A DNA stretch of 64,000 bases, from positions 82,460,001-82,524,000 of the forward strand of contig OX597814.1 of the NCBI GenBank assembly GCA_951406725.2, given 5' to 3'. The DNA is from Octopus vulgaris (lineage: Eukaryota). Positions 1 through 14,633 of the stretch are shown piece after piece (within the stretch, counting starts at the first letter, position 1; each line of letters starts with the position of its first letter). Below the pieces are notes generated by a model. That model worked only from the letters and a program-made list of their open reading frames with translations, ran no database searches and had not been told where the DNA came from. Both the position numbers and the translations under genes were made by a program.

Positions 1-915
1 CTTGTCTTCGTTTCTGCCCTTCATAACACCAACTATTCCACAGAGTGTACTGTGTGCATTTTATATGGGACCATCACCCACACCAATACTTTTCTGTTGT
101 GGTGGGTGGGTCTTCTTGAGTACAGCAATGTGCCACATATCTTGGTCTTCTGTCATCTCCTTTGTAAGGTTCAGCATTTTGAGATCAGCCTTCAATACTT
201 CTTTTTTCCCCAAGTTTTCCTAGGTCTCCTTCTTCCACAACTTTCTTCCACATTTAAGTGATCAGCACTTCTTTATGCAACTATCCTCATCCATGTGCAT
301 CACATGACAAAACCAATGCAGTAAACTCTCTTGCACACTGCATCTAATTCCTTTTATGCCCAACTTCTCTCTCTATACACCAATGCTCTGTCACACATAC
401 ACAACTAATTAACCTATTAAAATTCAAACTGATTGAATTCATGATAATGCTATTTGTTGAAATCATCTATCCATTCTATAAATCTTAGTGGCAGTTTTTG
501 TTAGAATGAAAATGCTTACTGAAATCATGCAGTTGGTCAAATTAGCATTTATGTAAGGAATACATTGACATACCAAATACCATTAGCATATTAGCATTAT
601 CTAAGTCAAATGTTTAATCCTTTTGACATCAATTTTACCTGAGTCCTGTAAAGTGATTGGTGTTCAGAAGGGCTTCCAGCTGTCAAAACTATATCAAAAC
701 TGACCCTGTTTGTGCTTGTGCCATGTAAAAAGCACTCAGCCCACTCTGCTGGGTGGTTGGTGTTAGGAAAGACATCCAGTTGTAAAAACGCTGCCAAAAC
801 AGACACAGAAGTTTGGTGCAGGCTCCTGTCAAACCATCCAACCCATGCCAGCATGGAAGGCGAACGTTAAACGATAATGATGATGAAATTGAAAAGAAAG
901 CCTGTTGTGTGTGGT

Positions 916-993
<78 letters not shown>

Positions 994-1241
994 TTAGTTA
1001 TGTATGAATGTACGTATGTATGTATGCGTGCATGAGTGTATGTATCTTTGGGTCTCCTTGCCTTCACATAATGTTGCAAATGAATGTCATTCATTTTTAG
1101 TATTCTGTGAAAATGTCTGGCCATGGGGAAATATTACCTTGTTTGGAAAGAGGTAAGGAGAGGATCCAGCTGCAGAAAACCAGCCACAGTAAAACTTCCA
1201 CCAACCCATGCAAGTATAGAAAAGTAGACATTATAACGATA

Positions 1242-1276
<35 letters not shown>

Positions 1277-1325
1277 AAGCATTGTATTTCAACAGAAATA
1301 GAAAAGTATTAAGCACAGTACTTAC

Positions 1326-2295
1326 TACATAACCAGATGGGACCTCTCCAGTTGCTGTTGCCACCAAACATATTAGTAGGTGATTCTCCTGGAGAATATC
1401 TCAGGATTCTGTTGTTAGCTCTCTTTACAGGTATATCATCATCACTTTCCTCTTCTTCTATTACATTTTTATCATCCATTTGCATGTCACTTTCAAGATT
1501 TGTAGAACTCTCCTCTTGATCGGCTTCAGTCTGTTCAGCAGTTGCCATAATAATTATAGATGACTTCTCATCTTCACTCTCCTCTTCCTCCTCCTCCTCC
1601 TCTTCTTCTTCTTCTTCTTCTATTTCTTCCTCTTCTTCTTCTTCTTCCTCACTAACTTTCTCACTTTCTTCCTCACTAACTTTCTCACTTTCTTCCTCAC
1701 TAACTTTCTCACTTTCTTCCTCATTTTCTTTCTTGCTTTCTTCCTCATTTTCTTTCTTGCTTTCTTCCTCATTTTCTTTCTTGCTTTCTTCCTCATTTTC
1801 TTTCTTGCTTTCTTCCTCATTTTCTTCCTCTTTTTCCTTTTTTTCCTCTGTTTCATTTTCTTTCTCCTTTTCTTTCTCTCTCTCTTTTCTCTCTCTCTCT
1901 CTTTCTTCTCGCTCTCTTTTTTTTTTCTCTTTCTTTTCTTTTATTCTTTCTTCTCTCTCTCTCTTTTTTCTTTCTCTCTTTTCTCGCATTCTTTCTTCTC
2001 TCTCTCTCTTTTTTTTCTCTCTCCTTTCTTTCGCTCTTTCTTGTCTCTCTCTTTCTTGTCTCTCTCTTTCTTCTCTCTCTCTTTCTTCTCTCTCTCTTTT
2101 CTGTCTCTCTCTTTCTTGTCTCTCTCTTTCTTTTCTCTCTCTCTCTTCTCTCTCTCTTTCCTCTCTCCGTTTTTGTTTCTCTCTTTCTTTTGCTTCCTCT
2201 CTCTCTCTACAATGACATTCTTCATCAATGTCGTGGAAACTACTTTGACTCATCCCCAACTGTACTGGGGCTCTGTAAGGATTTTGTTCATGGTG
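1326..2295 (-). CDS. GH63-like exon 16 (HHEQNPY - 291-aa mostly E/R/K-rich segment - [25 protein letters not shown])
   Basis: Strong poly-T acceptor (tttttag at 2296), donor GTAAGT at 1325, 970-nt open frame continuous with ORF 1309..2259; conserved motifs at both ends in the same frame. Confidence 0.82.
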
Positions 2296-5200
2296 CTAAA
2301 AAAAAAATAAAAAAAATAAAAAAAACCACATAAATCTCTGTTGAGTGGTTTTGAAAAGAAGTGAGAAATGTATCTTCATTCTTTCAAGTCACACATATAC
2401 TCCTGAAAATTATACTGTTTATTATTGAGTTTAAATCCTACAGAAATCAAGCTTTGCCTGTCATTCCTCCAGGACTGGTAAAATAAAACACTACTTGGAT
2501 AGACGATATCAACTAACACCTTCCCTCAAAATTATTGGCCTCATGCCTAAATTGTTATCATCATTGTCATCATGATCACAGAAGTTCAAATCCTGTTGTA
2601 GTCAACTTTGTTTTTCATTTTTCTGAAGTCAATAAAATAAGTATCATTCAATTCACTGCTAAGAAAGTTCACCATGAGGGAAGTTTACCAAGAAAATATA
2701 TCCATAGTACCTCACCATTAATAGTTAATCTATTTTATAGCATAAAAAGCAAACAAAAAAAAAAACAACAAAAAAAACCAACAAAAAAAAACGGTGTATT
2801 GATGACGCTGAACTTTAACTTTTCCTGTAGTGAACTGATGATGGTGAACTTTCCCTGTGGTGAATTGATGACAGTGAACTTAGTGGGCATGTCTTTTCAG
2901 GATTGATAGAATAAAGTATCTGTCAAGCACTAGGGATTGAGTAATTGACTGTATGCTCCCCTTAAAACTAATGGTCTGGTGCCAAAATTAGAAAGAGCTA
3001 TAATAATACTTATTTCTATAGTGGATGGAACATGTGGAAGAGGAAGACTTAGGAAGACATAGGATGAATTACTGAAGGATGACCTCCAGACACTGACCCT
3101 CTCACATGAGATGACAAAGGAACAAGATACCTGGCATCTTGCTGTACTCAAGAAGACCTGTCCTCCACAGCAGATGTGTTAAGGTCGCTACCCCTGGTGA
3201 AGAGGATTGGCCTGCAAGAGTTATGTGCCAATGCCATGTAAAAAGAATTTGTGCCAGTGTCACGTTAAAAACATTCAACAAACACTGTAAAGTGGTTGGC
3301 ATTAGGAAGGGCATCCAGTCACAGAAACCAAACCAGTCAGACTAGAACTTGGTGCAGCTCTCTAGCTTACCAGCTCTGGTCAAATCATTCAACCCATACT
3401 AGCATGGGAAATGGATGTTAAGAGATTATTATTATTGTTGTTATTATTATTATTATTATTCAGTAGTTTTATTTTTATAGCGTGCTTTCACTTCACTACC
3501 GAGTGCAGCTTTGTGTGCCTTGGGTATGTGCTGTGATTTGTTGTGATGCTCTGATGGTTATTGTATGGAAAGTGTTCTGTGTAGGATGTGTGCAGTGCCT
3601 AGTAGTGCAATTTTCTGTATGTTATATGTGTTTGTAAGTCCTGGTGTTTTTGTTATGTATTTGTCTGAATATTTTTTTATCATGCCTAATGCACCTACTA
3701 TGATAGGAATTGTTTCTGTTTTCAGATTCCACATTCTAGTTACCTCTATTTCCAGGTCTTTGTATTTTGAGAGTTTCTCCATTTCTTTTAGAGACACGTT
3801 GTCATCTGCCGGTATTGATACATCAATTAGAAAGCGTTTTTTTCTTCATGATCTCTGACAACTATATCTGGTCTGTTGGCCTTAATTTCTCTATCTGTGT
3901 GTATCGGCATATCCCAGAGTATGGTTGCTTTCTCGTTTTCTGTGACCTTTTCTGGTGTGTGCCTATACCATCTTTTTCTGTTGTTATTCCATAATGTTGG
4001 CATAGCTTCCAATGTATGTAGGTTCCAACTCTGTCATGTCTGTGAATATATTCCTTCTTAGCCAGGACTGGGCAGCTAGAGATAATATGATTTATTGTTT
4101 CTTGTCCATCTCCACATATTCTGCAGTTACTTGTTATATTTCTTTTCATTACATGTTTTTGGCAATTTCTGGTGGGGAGGCTTTGGTCTTGTGCTGCAAT
4201 TAAAAATCCCTCTGTTTCTGCTTTGAGTCCTGAGCTTCTCAACCATTGCTGGGATTTTTCTTTGTCTATTTCTTTTGCGTTTAGTTTAGTCCAGTATTTA
4301 CCATGAAGGGGCTTTTCTTGCCATCGTTTTATCATGGTTCGTTGCTGTTCTATTTTTAGTTTGGATTTCATTTGTTTTATAGCTTTTGTTGTTTCTTCAT
4401 CTTCTTCTTCTTCTTCATATTTATTAGGTGGTATGATTTCTTGTTTGTATTTGTCAGCTTCCTTAAATACTGAGAACAGTATTTTGTTTTGCTCGTGTTT
4501 TGCCGCTATTTGTATCAGTCTTCCTTCCTTCTGAAGGAGATATTTTTGCAGTCCTATGGTGGTTATTTTATAGTAGTTTTCCAGCTGTATAAGGCCTCTA
4601 CCACCTTCTATACATTGTATATATAGTCTTTCTATGTCAGATTTTGGGTGATGCATCCTAGATCCTGTCATTATTTTTCTTGTTTTCCTATCTATTTTGG
4701 TCAGTTCATTTCGTGTCCAGTTAAGGATATTGTAGCTGTAACTTATAACTGGGACAGCTAAAGTGTTAATACCTATTATCTTGTTTTTAGCATTGAGCTC
4801 TGTTTTTAGTATTGATCTAACTCGTTTATAATATTCTTTTTTTATTTTCTCTTTCATTTGTGTGTGTTGTGTCTTATCTAGTTCATGGATTCCTAAGTAT
4901 TTGTAAGTTTGGCTTTGGTCTAATTCTTTTATTTCATTGGTTTTATCTAGTGTGATGTTGCTACTCTTAACTAGTTTTCCTCTTTTCATGGTTACTTTGG
5001 CGCATTTTTCTAATCCAAATTTCATATCTATTTCTTTGGTAAATCCATGAACTGTCTTTAATAGTGTTTCCAGCTGTTTGTCATTTGCAGCGTATAGTTT
5101 TAGGTCATCCATATATAAAAGGTGGCTGATCGTTTTGCCGTAACATTTATATCCGCATCCAGTTCTATTTAGTATATCAGATAGAGGTGACCGTGCCAAG

Positions 5201-6732
5201 CAGAAAAGGAGTGGAGAGAGTGTGTCTCCCTGGAATATTCCTCTTCTAATGGGGATGTCTTTGGTTTTCATGAGTCCCTCTTTTGTTTGGAGGTGTAGGA
5301 CTGTTTGCCATTTATTCATAGAGTGCTCTATGAATTTTATGATTGTTGGTGCTACTTTGTTAATGGCTAGTGTTTCGAGGATCCATGTGTGGGGGATGCT
5401 ATCAAACGCCTTTTTGTAGTCAATCCAGGCCATACTGAGGCCTTTCTTCTTTCTGTGGCTGTCTTCAGTTATGGCTTTATTAATCATTAGTTGATCTTTA
5501 CAGCCATATGAGCCTTTGCGGCATCCTTTCTGCTCTTCTGGGAACAGTTTGTTTTCGTCCAGGTGCTTGTTCAACCTTTGCGATATCACTGCAGTAAATG
5601 CCTTGAACATTGTAGGGAGGCAGGTTATTGGTCTGTAGTTTTCTGGTTTTGCTGTCTCATTTGATTTGGGAATTAAGATGGTTTTCCCCTTCGTGAGCCA
5701 TTCAGGCATTGTCTCTGGCTCTGCTAGTATGCTGTTAAAGTTTTCAGCCAGCTTTTTGTGCATTCCTGTTAGATATTTCAACCAGAAGTTGGGGATCTTG
5801 TCATGCCCAGGTGCCTTCCAGTTGCTTAGTCTTTGCAGTGCCTGGGTGACCTCTTCAGTTGTTATGGGGGTCCAAAGTTGTTCAGATGCCGAGTTTGTTA
5901 TTTTGATACTCCTTTTTTTGGTTGTTCGTTCACCGACCATATTTCTCTCCAGAATTCTTCCAATTCTTCTGCCGTTGGTGCTGCAGTGACTTCTATTTTA
6001 TTTTTGCCAAGTTCTTGGTAGAACTTTTGGGGTTGGAGTTGAACTTTTTGTTTTGTTCAAAGAAGCGCTGGCGTTTCTCGTACCGGCGGATCCTTTGTGC
6101 TTTGGCAAGGATATCTTGCTTCAGCAAATCTTTCTCTGTGATGTTATATTTGTGGAGTATTTTTGTTTTCTTTTTGTTGCTCAGTAGCGTTGATTGTTTG
6201 CTGATTTCATTAAGAATCGACAGATCTTTTCTCATTTTTTGTATTTTGTTTTGGATGTTATTTATCCACAGGGTTTGTTTGGGTGGTGGTACTCCTGTTT
6301 ATTATTATTATTATTATTATTATTATTGGCAAGCTGGTAAAATGCTTAGTGGTATTTCGCCTGAAGCTAGCTTCTGAGTTTAAATTCCACTGAGGTCAAC
6401 TATGCTTTTCAACCTTTTGGGGTTGATAAATTAGGTACCAGTGAAACACTGGGGTTAATGTACTCGACTAGTACCCTCCCCCCAAATTTGGAGCCTTGTG
6501 CCTTCAATAAAAAGGATTATTATTATTATTATTGGTGAGCTGTAGAATTGTTAGCATGCTGGATGAAATGCTTAGCGGCAATTCACCAGTTACTATGTTG
6601 AGTTCAAATTCTGCCAAGGTTGACTTTGCCTTTCATCCTTTCAGGGTGGATAAATTAAGTACCAGTTAAACACTGGGGTTGATGTAATTGACTAATACCC
6701 TCCCACAAGATTTCAGGCCTTCAGTAGAAAGG

Positions 6733-6789
<57 letters not shown>

Positions 6790-9700
6790 GTTTAGGTAGC
6801 AAGCTGGCAGAATCATTAGCATGCTGGGCGAAATGCTGCTAAGCATTTTGTCTGTCTTCGAGTTCAAATTCTGTCAAGGTCAACTTTGCTTTTCTTCTTT
6901 TTAGGATTGATGAAATAAGTACCAGTCAAGCACTGGGATCAGTATAAACAACTAGCGCTCACCCTTCAAAATTGCTTGCCTTATGTCAAAAATTAGAAAG
7001 TATTATTATTATTATTAAAGCAAAGAGTTGGCAGAATCATTAGTACGCTGGGCAAAATGCTTAGCAGTATTTCACTCATCTTAACAAATTCTGCCGAGGT
7101 CAATTTAGCCTTTCATCCTTTAGGGCCCAATGAAATAAGTACCAGTTACATACTGAGGTTGATATAATCAACAATCCACCTCTCCCGAAATTTCAGTCCT
7201 TATGCCTATAGTTGAAAGGATCATTATTATTATTATCATTATTGACATGATGATGGCTCACTTGCATCTAATGAGGCTGCAAAGAGAGAGACTTGGAGAT
7301 GCCACTATGAAAGGTTGCTAAATGAAGAAAATGGGAGAAAGAGAGTCTGCCAAATGTTGACCCAACAGAGGGACCAGCTATCTGAATTGACAGTACTTTG
7401 GTAGATAAAGCAATTAAAGGCGTGAAAACAGGAAAAGCCCCTGGACCATAGGTAATCACCACAGAGATGCTTAAAATATCTGGCAGTGTAGGTTATAGTG
7501 TAGTTGCCCATATAGTCAATCAGGAGATACATGAAGGAGTCATGCACAATGACTGGTGTAGCGGCACCATGGTCAAGTGCTACAAAGGTAAAGGTGACGC
7601 ATTAGATATGAATAATTACAGAGGTATCAAGTTGTTGGACCTGGTGATGAAAGTCATGGAGAGGGTCATAGCCCAACTAATTAGGGAGAGAGTTAGTTTA
7701 GATGAGAGGCAGTTTGGGTTTGTACAAGGGAGAAGCACATCTGATGCTATATTTCTGGTAAGACAGCTGCAAGAGAAATACTTAGCCAAAGATGAACCTC
7801 TGTACTTGGCTTACATTGACATGGAGAAAGCCTTTGACAGGGTCCCCCGATCCCTTATCAAGTGGTCAATGTGGAAACTAGGGATAGATGAATGGTAAGT
7901 GAGAGCTGTACAAACCATGTACAGGGATGCTGTCAGTAAGGTGAGGGTTGGCAGCGAGTATAGCGAAGAATTCTGGGTAGGGGTAGAGGTCTACCAAGGA
8001 TCAGTCCTCAGCCCCCTTTTTATTCATCATAGTCCTCCTGGCAATAACAGAGGAATTCAAGACAGGATGCTCCTGGGAGTTCCTCTATGCTGATGACCTT
8101 GCTTTAATTACTGAGTCACTATCAGAACTAGAGGAGAAGCTTCAGATGTGGAAGCAAGGATTAGAATTGAACGGCCTTGGAGTCAATCTAGCAATAACCA
8201 AAGTCTTTGGTAGAAACTCCATAAGATGTACCCAGTGTAAGCTTTGGACACATAAAAAGTGCAGCAATATCAAAGGAAGGCTAACTAGGAAGATAGTATT
8301 TGTATGTCACAAATGCTCAGGTGCTATAAACACTGAAAATGTGTGGAAAACAGCTTCCATCAATATGCCAGGGGGGAAAACTAGATGTAGTTGATAGCTT
8401 CCATTACCTAGGTGACCAAGTCAGTAGCAGGGGCAGATGCTCTGAGAGTGTAGCTGCTAGAATAAGAATAGCCTGGGCAAAGTTCAGAGAGCTCCTACCT
8501 CTGTTGGACCGAAAGGTAGCCTGTACGACACGTGTGCGAACAGTCATGCTTCACAGCAGTGAAATATGGGCTGAGACTGCTGAGGACATTCGTAAGCTTG
8601 CAAAAAAATGAAGCCAGTATGCTCTGCTGGATGTGTAATATCAGTGTGCATACACGACAGAGTGTAAGTTCCCTGAGAGAAAAGTTGGACATACGAAATA
8701 ATATTTACCAGAGACAAATATAATTCACAGGGAATGAAAGAGAGTTTATCTAAAATGAAGACTGAGATAGAGGAATGAATCTGTGGAGCAGTTGCTCAAC
8801 TAATAAGACCCCTTTTTCAGGCATAGCATTAAGGGAGAAAAATTTGGTGATGTCTGTTTCAGATCAACTTGATCATACTGAGTTAACCCTTTAGTTTTCA
8901 GATTATTCTATTAAGCATATCCTTTATTTATTTAAATTGTTTTGAATTACTCATGTATTATCCCATAGCTTCAAGATTTTAATGATGTGGTAGTTTATTT
9001 TTAGAATGATATTGTAGGGTAAGTGTGAGAGGCCAGATCTGGCCTGTTTGAACATAAAGTAAGGAGAATATTTTGGTCTGATATGGCTGGTTTAAATGCT
9101 AAAGGGTTAAAGAAAAACACAACAACAATCCCACCAAAAAAAAAAAAAAAAAGCAATGATGAAGCCAGAAAGAAAACTTTGTTTCTGTGACAACCAGTGA
9201 GTGGACAACACAGTCACTCAGTAACAAGGAAGAATGTGTAAAAAATATCTATGCAATGTTATGCATTCCAGAATCATGAAACTTCCAATCAGAGATGTAC
9301 TTAGCATTCAGAAAGAAGAAGAAAAAATGGTTATAGGAACAGGCATGGCTCTGTGATAATAAGTTTGTTTCCCAACCACATGATTCCAGGTTCAGTCACA
9401 CTGCATGACACCTTGGGCAAATGTCTTCTATAATCTCAAGCCACTAAAGCCTTGTGAGTGGATTTGGTAGAAGGAAACTGAAAAAAACTTGTCATATATA
9501 CATTTATATGTATATATATGCATGTGTTGCTTTTGTTTTTGACTTTGCCCCCCCCCCCCCCAACAAGCTGAAAACTGGCATTGGTTTGTTTATGTCCCTA
9601 AAACTTGGTTCAGTAAAAAGACCAATAGTATAAGTACTAAGCTTTAAAAAAAAGAAAAAACAAAAGTACTTGGCAGTAGTTTTTCCTTCTGTATTGCATA

Positions 9701-12700
9701 GATACTCTCTTGCCATTCTTGCTATTAAAAAATACAGTGATTCAGTGACTGACTTGTTGGAAATCTATAACCACTAGTGCCACTGCTCACAAAAACCAAA
9801 AGGCAGTGGAGTGACGTAAACAAAATGCCTTGAACTATTTAACTAAACTTTTCTTGGTTTTCATTTTTTTATGCTTTAGCCAAAAGAGGAAGGGCAGAGC
9901 ATATGACCTTTTTTAGGTTTTCCAAGATTGGGTGAGAGGAGGGGAAGAAGTTTGCAGACTAAAGACATGATCTGAATGCTTGCAACAGATTGGAATCTGC
10001 TAAAACCAGAGGAGAGGTAGGTGGTGGTGTTAAGCCAGACATCAGAGTAATTCCACCACCTATTCTAAATTCAGATATTGTCAGAGTTAACTTTCCATTT
10101 CAAGAGTGATGCTCCTTATTGTGTCCCATATTTCTGATTTTTGCTTTGTAAAAGTGCCTGTGTGGTGCTACATAAAAGCATCTATGCAGTGCCACATAAA
10201 AGCACCCAGCACACTTCATAAAGCGGTTGATATTAGGAAGGGCATCCAGCTGAAGAAACCATGACAAATTAGACTGGTGTCAGGTGGAGCTCTCCAGCTC
10301 TGGCCAAACCATCCAACCCATGCCAGCATGGACAATGGACATTAAATGTTGATAATGATGGTAATTTTACCAGGTTTGGTAAAATAAGTGCACTTACATA
10401 AACATATAGGTATGTGGGTATTTTGAAAATAACTCAAGGGGTGATGACTGTGCCCAGCATAGTTATGGGTTGTCCTTTGGCAAGGCATAACACCCATTCA
10501 GCCACCCTGCCAGGGATATAGCAGATTGGCAGATGTGATGAGGCAGTATAAGAGCTCAACTGAACCAACAGTGCTTCCTACATTGATGTTGAGCAGAGGA
10601 ATCCTAGAAGGTCAACGGTCAGGATCACCCAGGTCTATCAAGAGAGTAACTGCAACACATCCATTGTTGTGTAATCAGCTGATGAAAGACTCGTGATTCA
10701 AGCTTCCAATTCAAATATGAATAGTAGAACTGGGTAGCAACAGGGAGTCATGGGAATCTGTGCAAGCAGCACAACCAAGCTATATAAACATACAAGCAAA
10801 AACATGCACACATCCACACATGCATATACATGCATGCAAGCACAGGCAGTTTGTTTAATTCAAACTTTGAAGATTTTATTTTATGAATAGGATGTAAAAG
10901 AAAAGTAACAACAAACCTTTGAAAGAGATCTAATTCCAAAGGGAGACAAGAATTCTGTCTCACTGAATAGGTAACCCAGAATATGTTGGAGCTGTTCAGA
11001 AGAAACGAATGATAAAAATAGCTTGTTGTTGTCGATATGCACCTAAAAGAAAAGAAAAGAAAGCAATGAAGCAGCTGCAGCCATAGACTTTGAATGAAAC
11101 GGATATCTGGAGATAATTGATATATTAACCCTTTCATTACCAAGCTGGCTGAAACTGGCTCTGGCTCTGAGTACAAATGTCTTGTTTTCGTAAGTTTTGA
11201 ATTAAAATCTTCCACCAAACCTTAGTTACAATTTATGTTCCTAACACTAGCTGAATGATAATTAAGTTATTTTACTAAATTCTTTGTTATATTTAAAGTA
11301 ATTGAAAGAAACACAGAACATTTCAAAATAAATATAATAATGAAAGGGTTAACAGCTATTGTTATGGTTTAACTCCAGGTCAAGCATAATCAAGGAGACG
11401 TGTGATCAAAAGTATTCCAGTTGTAACCAACCTGTTTTTCTCTTTTTAAGCTCAGATTACATTGTCGAATTTCTCCCTTTCGTTTTTGTTTTATTAAAGA
11501 TGGTGAGATTTGGCTACTATCTTTAGCAAGTTCAGTGACATCATAGTATTTCCTTCATTGACTCATGTTGATGTACTTGTAGTGTATAGTGGTAACAACC
11601 TGGGTTGGCAAGATGCAGTGGTATTGTATGTAGTTGTAACTGCATACATTAGTGGAATGATGAAGAGGTAGTAATTATTGTTGTCTTACCCTAGGTCAGT
11701 CTTGATACAGCAGACCATTCCAACTGTGACCATACCACCTTTTATTCAGACATAGAATTATATTATCTAATGTACTCATCCTTTTTAAGTTTGGTAAAAA
11801 TATGATGTACGGGTGATTTAGCTGCTATTACTAGAAGTTGAGGGACTATGTAAAGACTTCCTAGTAGTAGGCAATGGTAATGGTAAAAGATGAAATATAT
11901 ATCAATTAATCAATGCAGTGTAGTAAGATGGCAGTGGTGGTAGTGGTTGTTAGTGTTGTTTTGTCCTAGATCAGCCTTAACAGAACAGATTTATGACTAA
12001 AAGCATGACCATCGCATTCCTTTTTTTTAAAGGGAGATTTAGCAACTGTTTCTCTCAGGGAAAGTGACCATTTAAAGGCTGTATGAAGTGTAGTGATAGG
12101 TGTATCCAATAGAGATACAGTGTAGATGCAGCTGTAGTTGTGTAACCACAGGTCAGCTCTGATCAAGCAGTCCTGTTGTATGTAGAAAGTTGATCAAACT
12201 ACCAGGCATGAACCACAAGTCTTAGTTATGCCATTATACCATGTGTCTACCTAGCTGAGGACAATAGAGCTTGCTCTGATACATAGTGACAAAATGTATG
12301 AGGTGCTGCAGCGTTGATAGCCTGGACATATTGCACTCAAACTACTATCAAGTTAATTTCTATATGCTTAGAAATTCTGGTGGTGGTTACAGTGGAAGTA
12401 GGCAAAATGGACTTGGTTAGACTATGAAAGTTGCTATTCCTCTGCTCTAATTGTTTCTGTTTTAGACTAGGGAAGCTATTCATGCCACAGCTACTTCTGG
12501 TGTGTCTGTGTTTTTTATGTTTGTCTAGGTCAGTGGTTCTCAACCATTTTGTCCCAGTGGACCCATTTCATTGCTATTTTACTCAGTGGGTGGGATTCTC
12601 AAAAACATTCGATATCAAAAACTCCTATTATACTTTTGTGATTAAATATTATTAGGAATTGTATACAAAATTGTTTAAATATTTTGTGTATAACCAGCAC

Positions 12701-13266
12701 ATAAGTTGCAAATAATATAACCATCTTATCTATATATATAAAACTGAGAATGTGTGTGTGTCTGTCTGTTACCATTCTGTTGATATGCTTATGTCTTTTT
12801 CTTGGGATGTCTACTGTATCAGGAATTTAACCCACATGGATATACATAGGATTGCACCTAAAGACTTACGCTCATGGATCTATGTAGGATTGCACCTAGG
12901 GATTCATTCTTTGGTTTCTATAACTTTGGAAAGTTGAACTATAAACTTCTTTGCTTCTGTCTCCTTCTCTCTTTCCATCTCCTTATTCTTTTACTCCCTT
13001 CCTCAATGTTGTCAGTGATGTATAGCATTCTCATTTTCTATATCTTTTTTTTCTCAATTTGTCTCTGATGACAGAATATCCCATACCTGGGGATATCCCA
13101 GAAAGAGCTGTAAGATTTTAAATTCCTTCCTGTAACAATATTGTATATGACTTGAGATGTTTGCTTTACCATAATGTTTGATGCCCTGTTTAACAATTAT
13201 ATATATATATATCGATATGTAGATATGTATATATTTGTGTGTGTGTATGTATATGTATGTGGGTGT

Positions 13267-13318
<52 letters not shown>

Positions 13319-13848
13319 TATTGGTGAATTGAAGAAATGGAGCTGAATGCAGATTGAACAGAAATCGTTTTATTTCATTCTACACGTGTTTCGAAAGGCA
13401 CAATTTACCAAAATCCGATTGAATAATGGGACCATATTGTGTCTTTCTCTTCAGGAAGAAATAGGAAATCCGTTGGAAAAAACAAAAACAGAACAGAGGC
13501 GGAGCAAAAACAAATCGAACTAGGCTCCTAAGAGCCCATGGCGAAACTGTTTATCAGTGTATGTTGAGAACCGGTGGCTGAAGAATTTAGCGGGTCAGGC
13601 ATCGGTCAATCATGTGGGTGAGGGTGTGTAGATGTTCTTTGTGACCGAGAATAAAGTTCTGACTATTTAAGGAATATTGGATGTTTTATAAGGGGCGAGA
13701 AAAAATCTACTTAGAGACGTGTGTGTGTATACTGTTCTATATATGTGTGTGCTGGCGTAGGGGTAGAAAACATTTTTTGTGTACGTGTGTGCGTTTGATC
13801 GTTCGGCTGTCAGTGGCTACTGCAGTGAGAACCGTTGGGTGGCAGAGG

Positions 13849-13882
<34 letters not shown>

Positions 13883-14633
13883 TATTATGTTTTATGTGTG
13901 TGTGTGTTCATCTAAGCCTGCCTTGTCAGGGAAACCCCCGTTGTGAAAGAACCAAGCCCCGTTTATCTTACAGGAGTAATTCCCCTTGCAGTGGTTAATT
14001 GTAGATATCTTAAAGGCTATTTCAGAATTTGTTACCAAGGGCTATGGGTGCCGGTATTATTTATAAACGCTATTTAAAAGCCAGATAAGTGTAACGCCGC
14101 CAATGAAATAAAACATCCAATATTCCTTAAATAGTCAGAACTTTATTCTCGGTCACAAAGAACATCTACACACCCTCACCCACATGATTGACCGATGCCT
14201 GACCCGCTAAATTCTTCAGCCACCGGTTCTCAACATACACTGATAAACAGTTTCGCCATGGGCTCTTAGGAGCCTAGTTCGATTTGTTTTTGCTCCGCCT
14301 CTGTTCTGTTTTTGTTTTTTCCAACGGATTTCCTATTTCTTCCTGAAGAGAAAGACACAATATGGTCCCATTATTCAATCGGATTTTGGTAAATTGTGCC
14401 TTTCGAAACACGTGTAGAATGAAAGAAACGATTTCTGTTCAATCTGCGTTCAGCTCCATTTCTTCAATTCACCAATAATATTTTAATTTCAATTATGTCG
14501 ATACCAACGCACGGTTGCAACACCATATGGTTGTACCTCCAACCGTGCTGTTTACTGCTGTGATTTTTGCTACCAAGGTATCGGTTAAACTTTTGATTAA
14601 TCTACTACAAGATTATTCATCTTTCTATTTCAC

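Noticed and set aside
1-1325. Possible next exon of the GH63-like gene
   Set aside because: I found no phase-1 exon with the expected N(Y/F)L..E.L-type continuation; the region is RTE remnants and microsatellites, so the 3' exons lie outside the window
1620-2310. Alternative-frame K/R-rich ORFs and antisense S/L/F-rich ORFs
   Set aside because: Shadows of the low-complexity tract; only the 1309..2259 frame links the conserved GH63 motifs and splice sites
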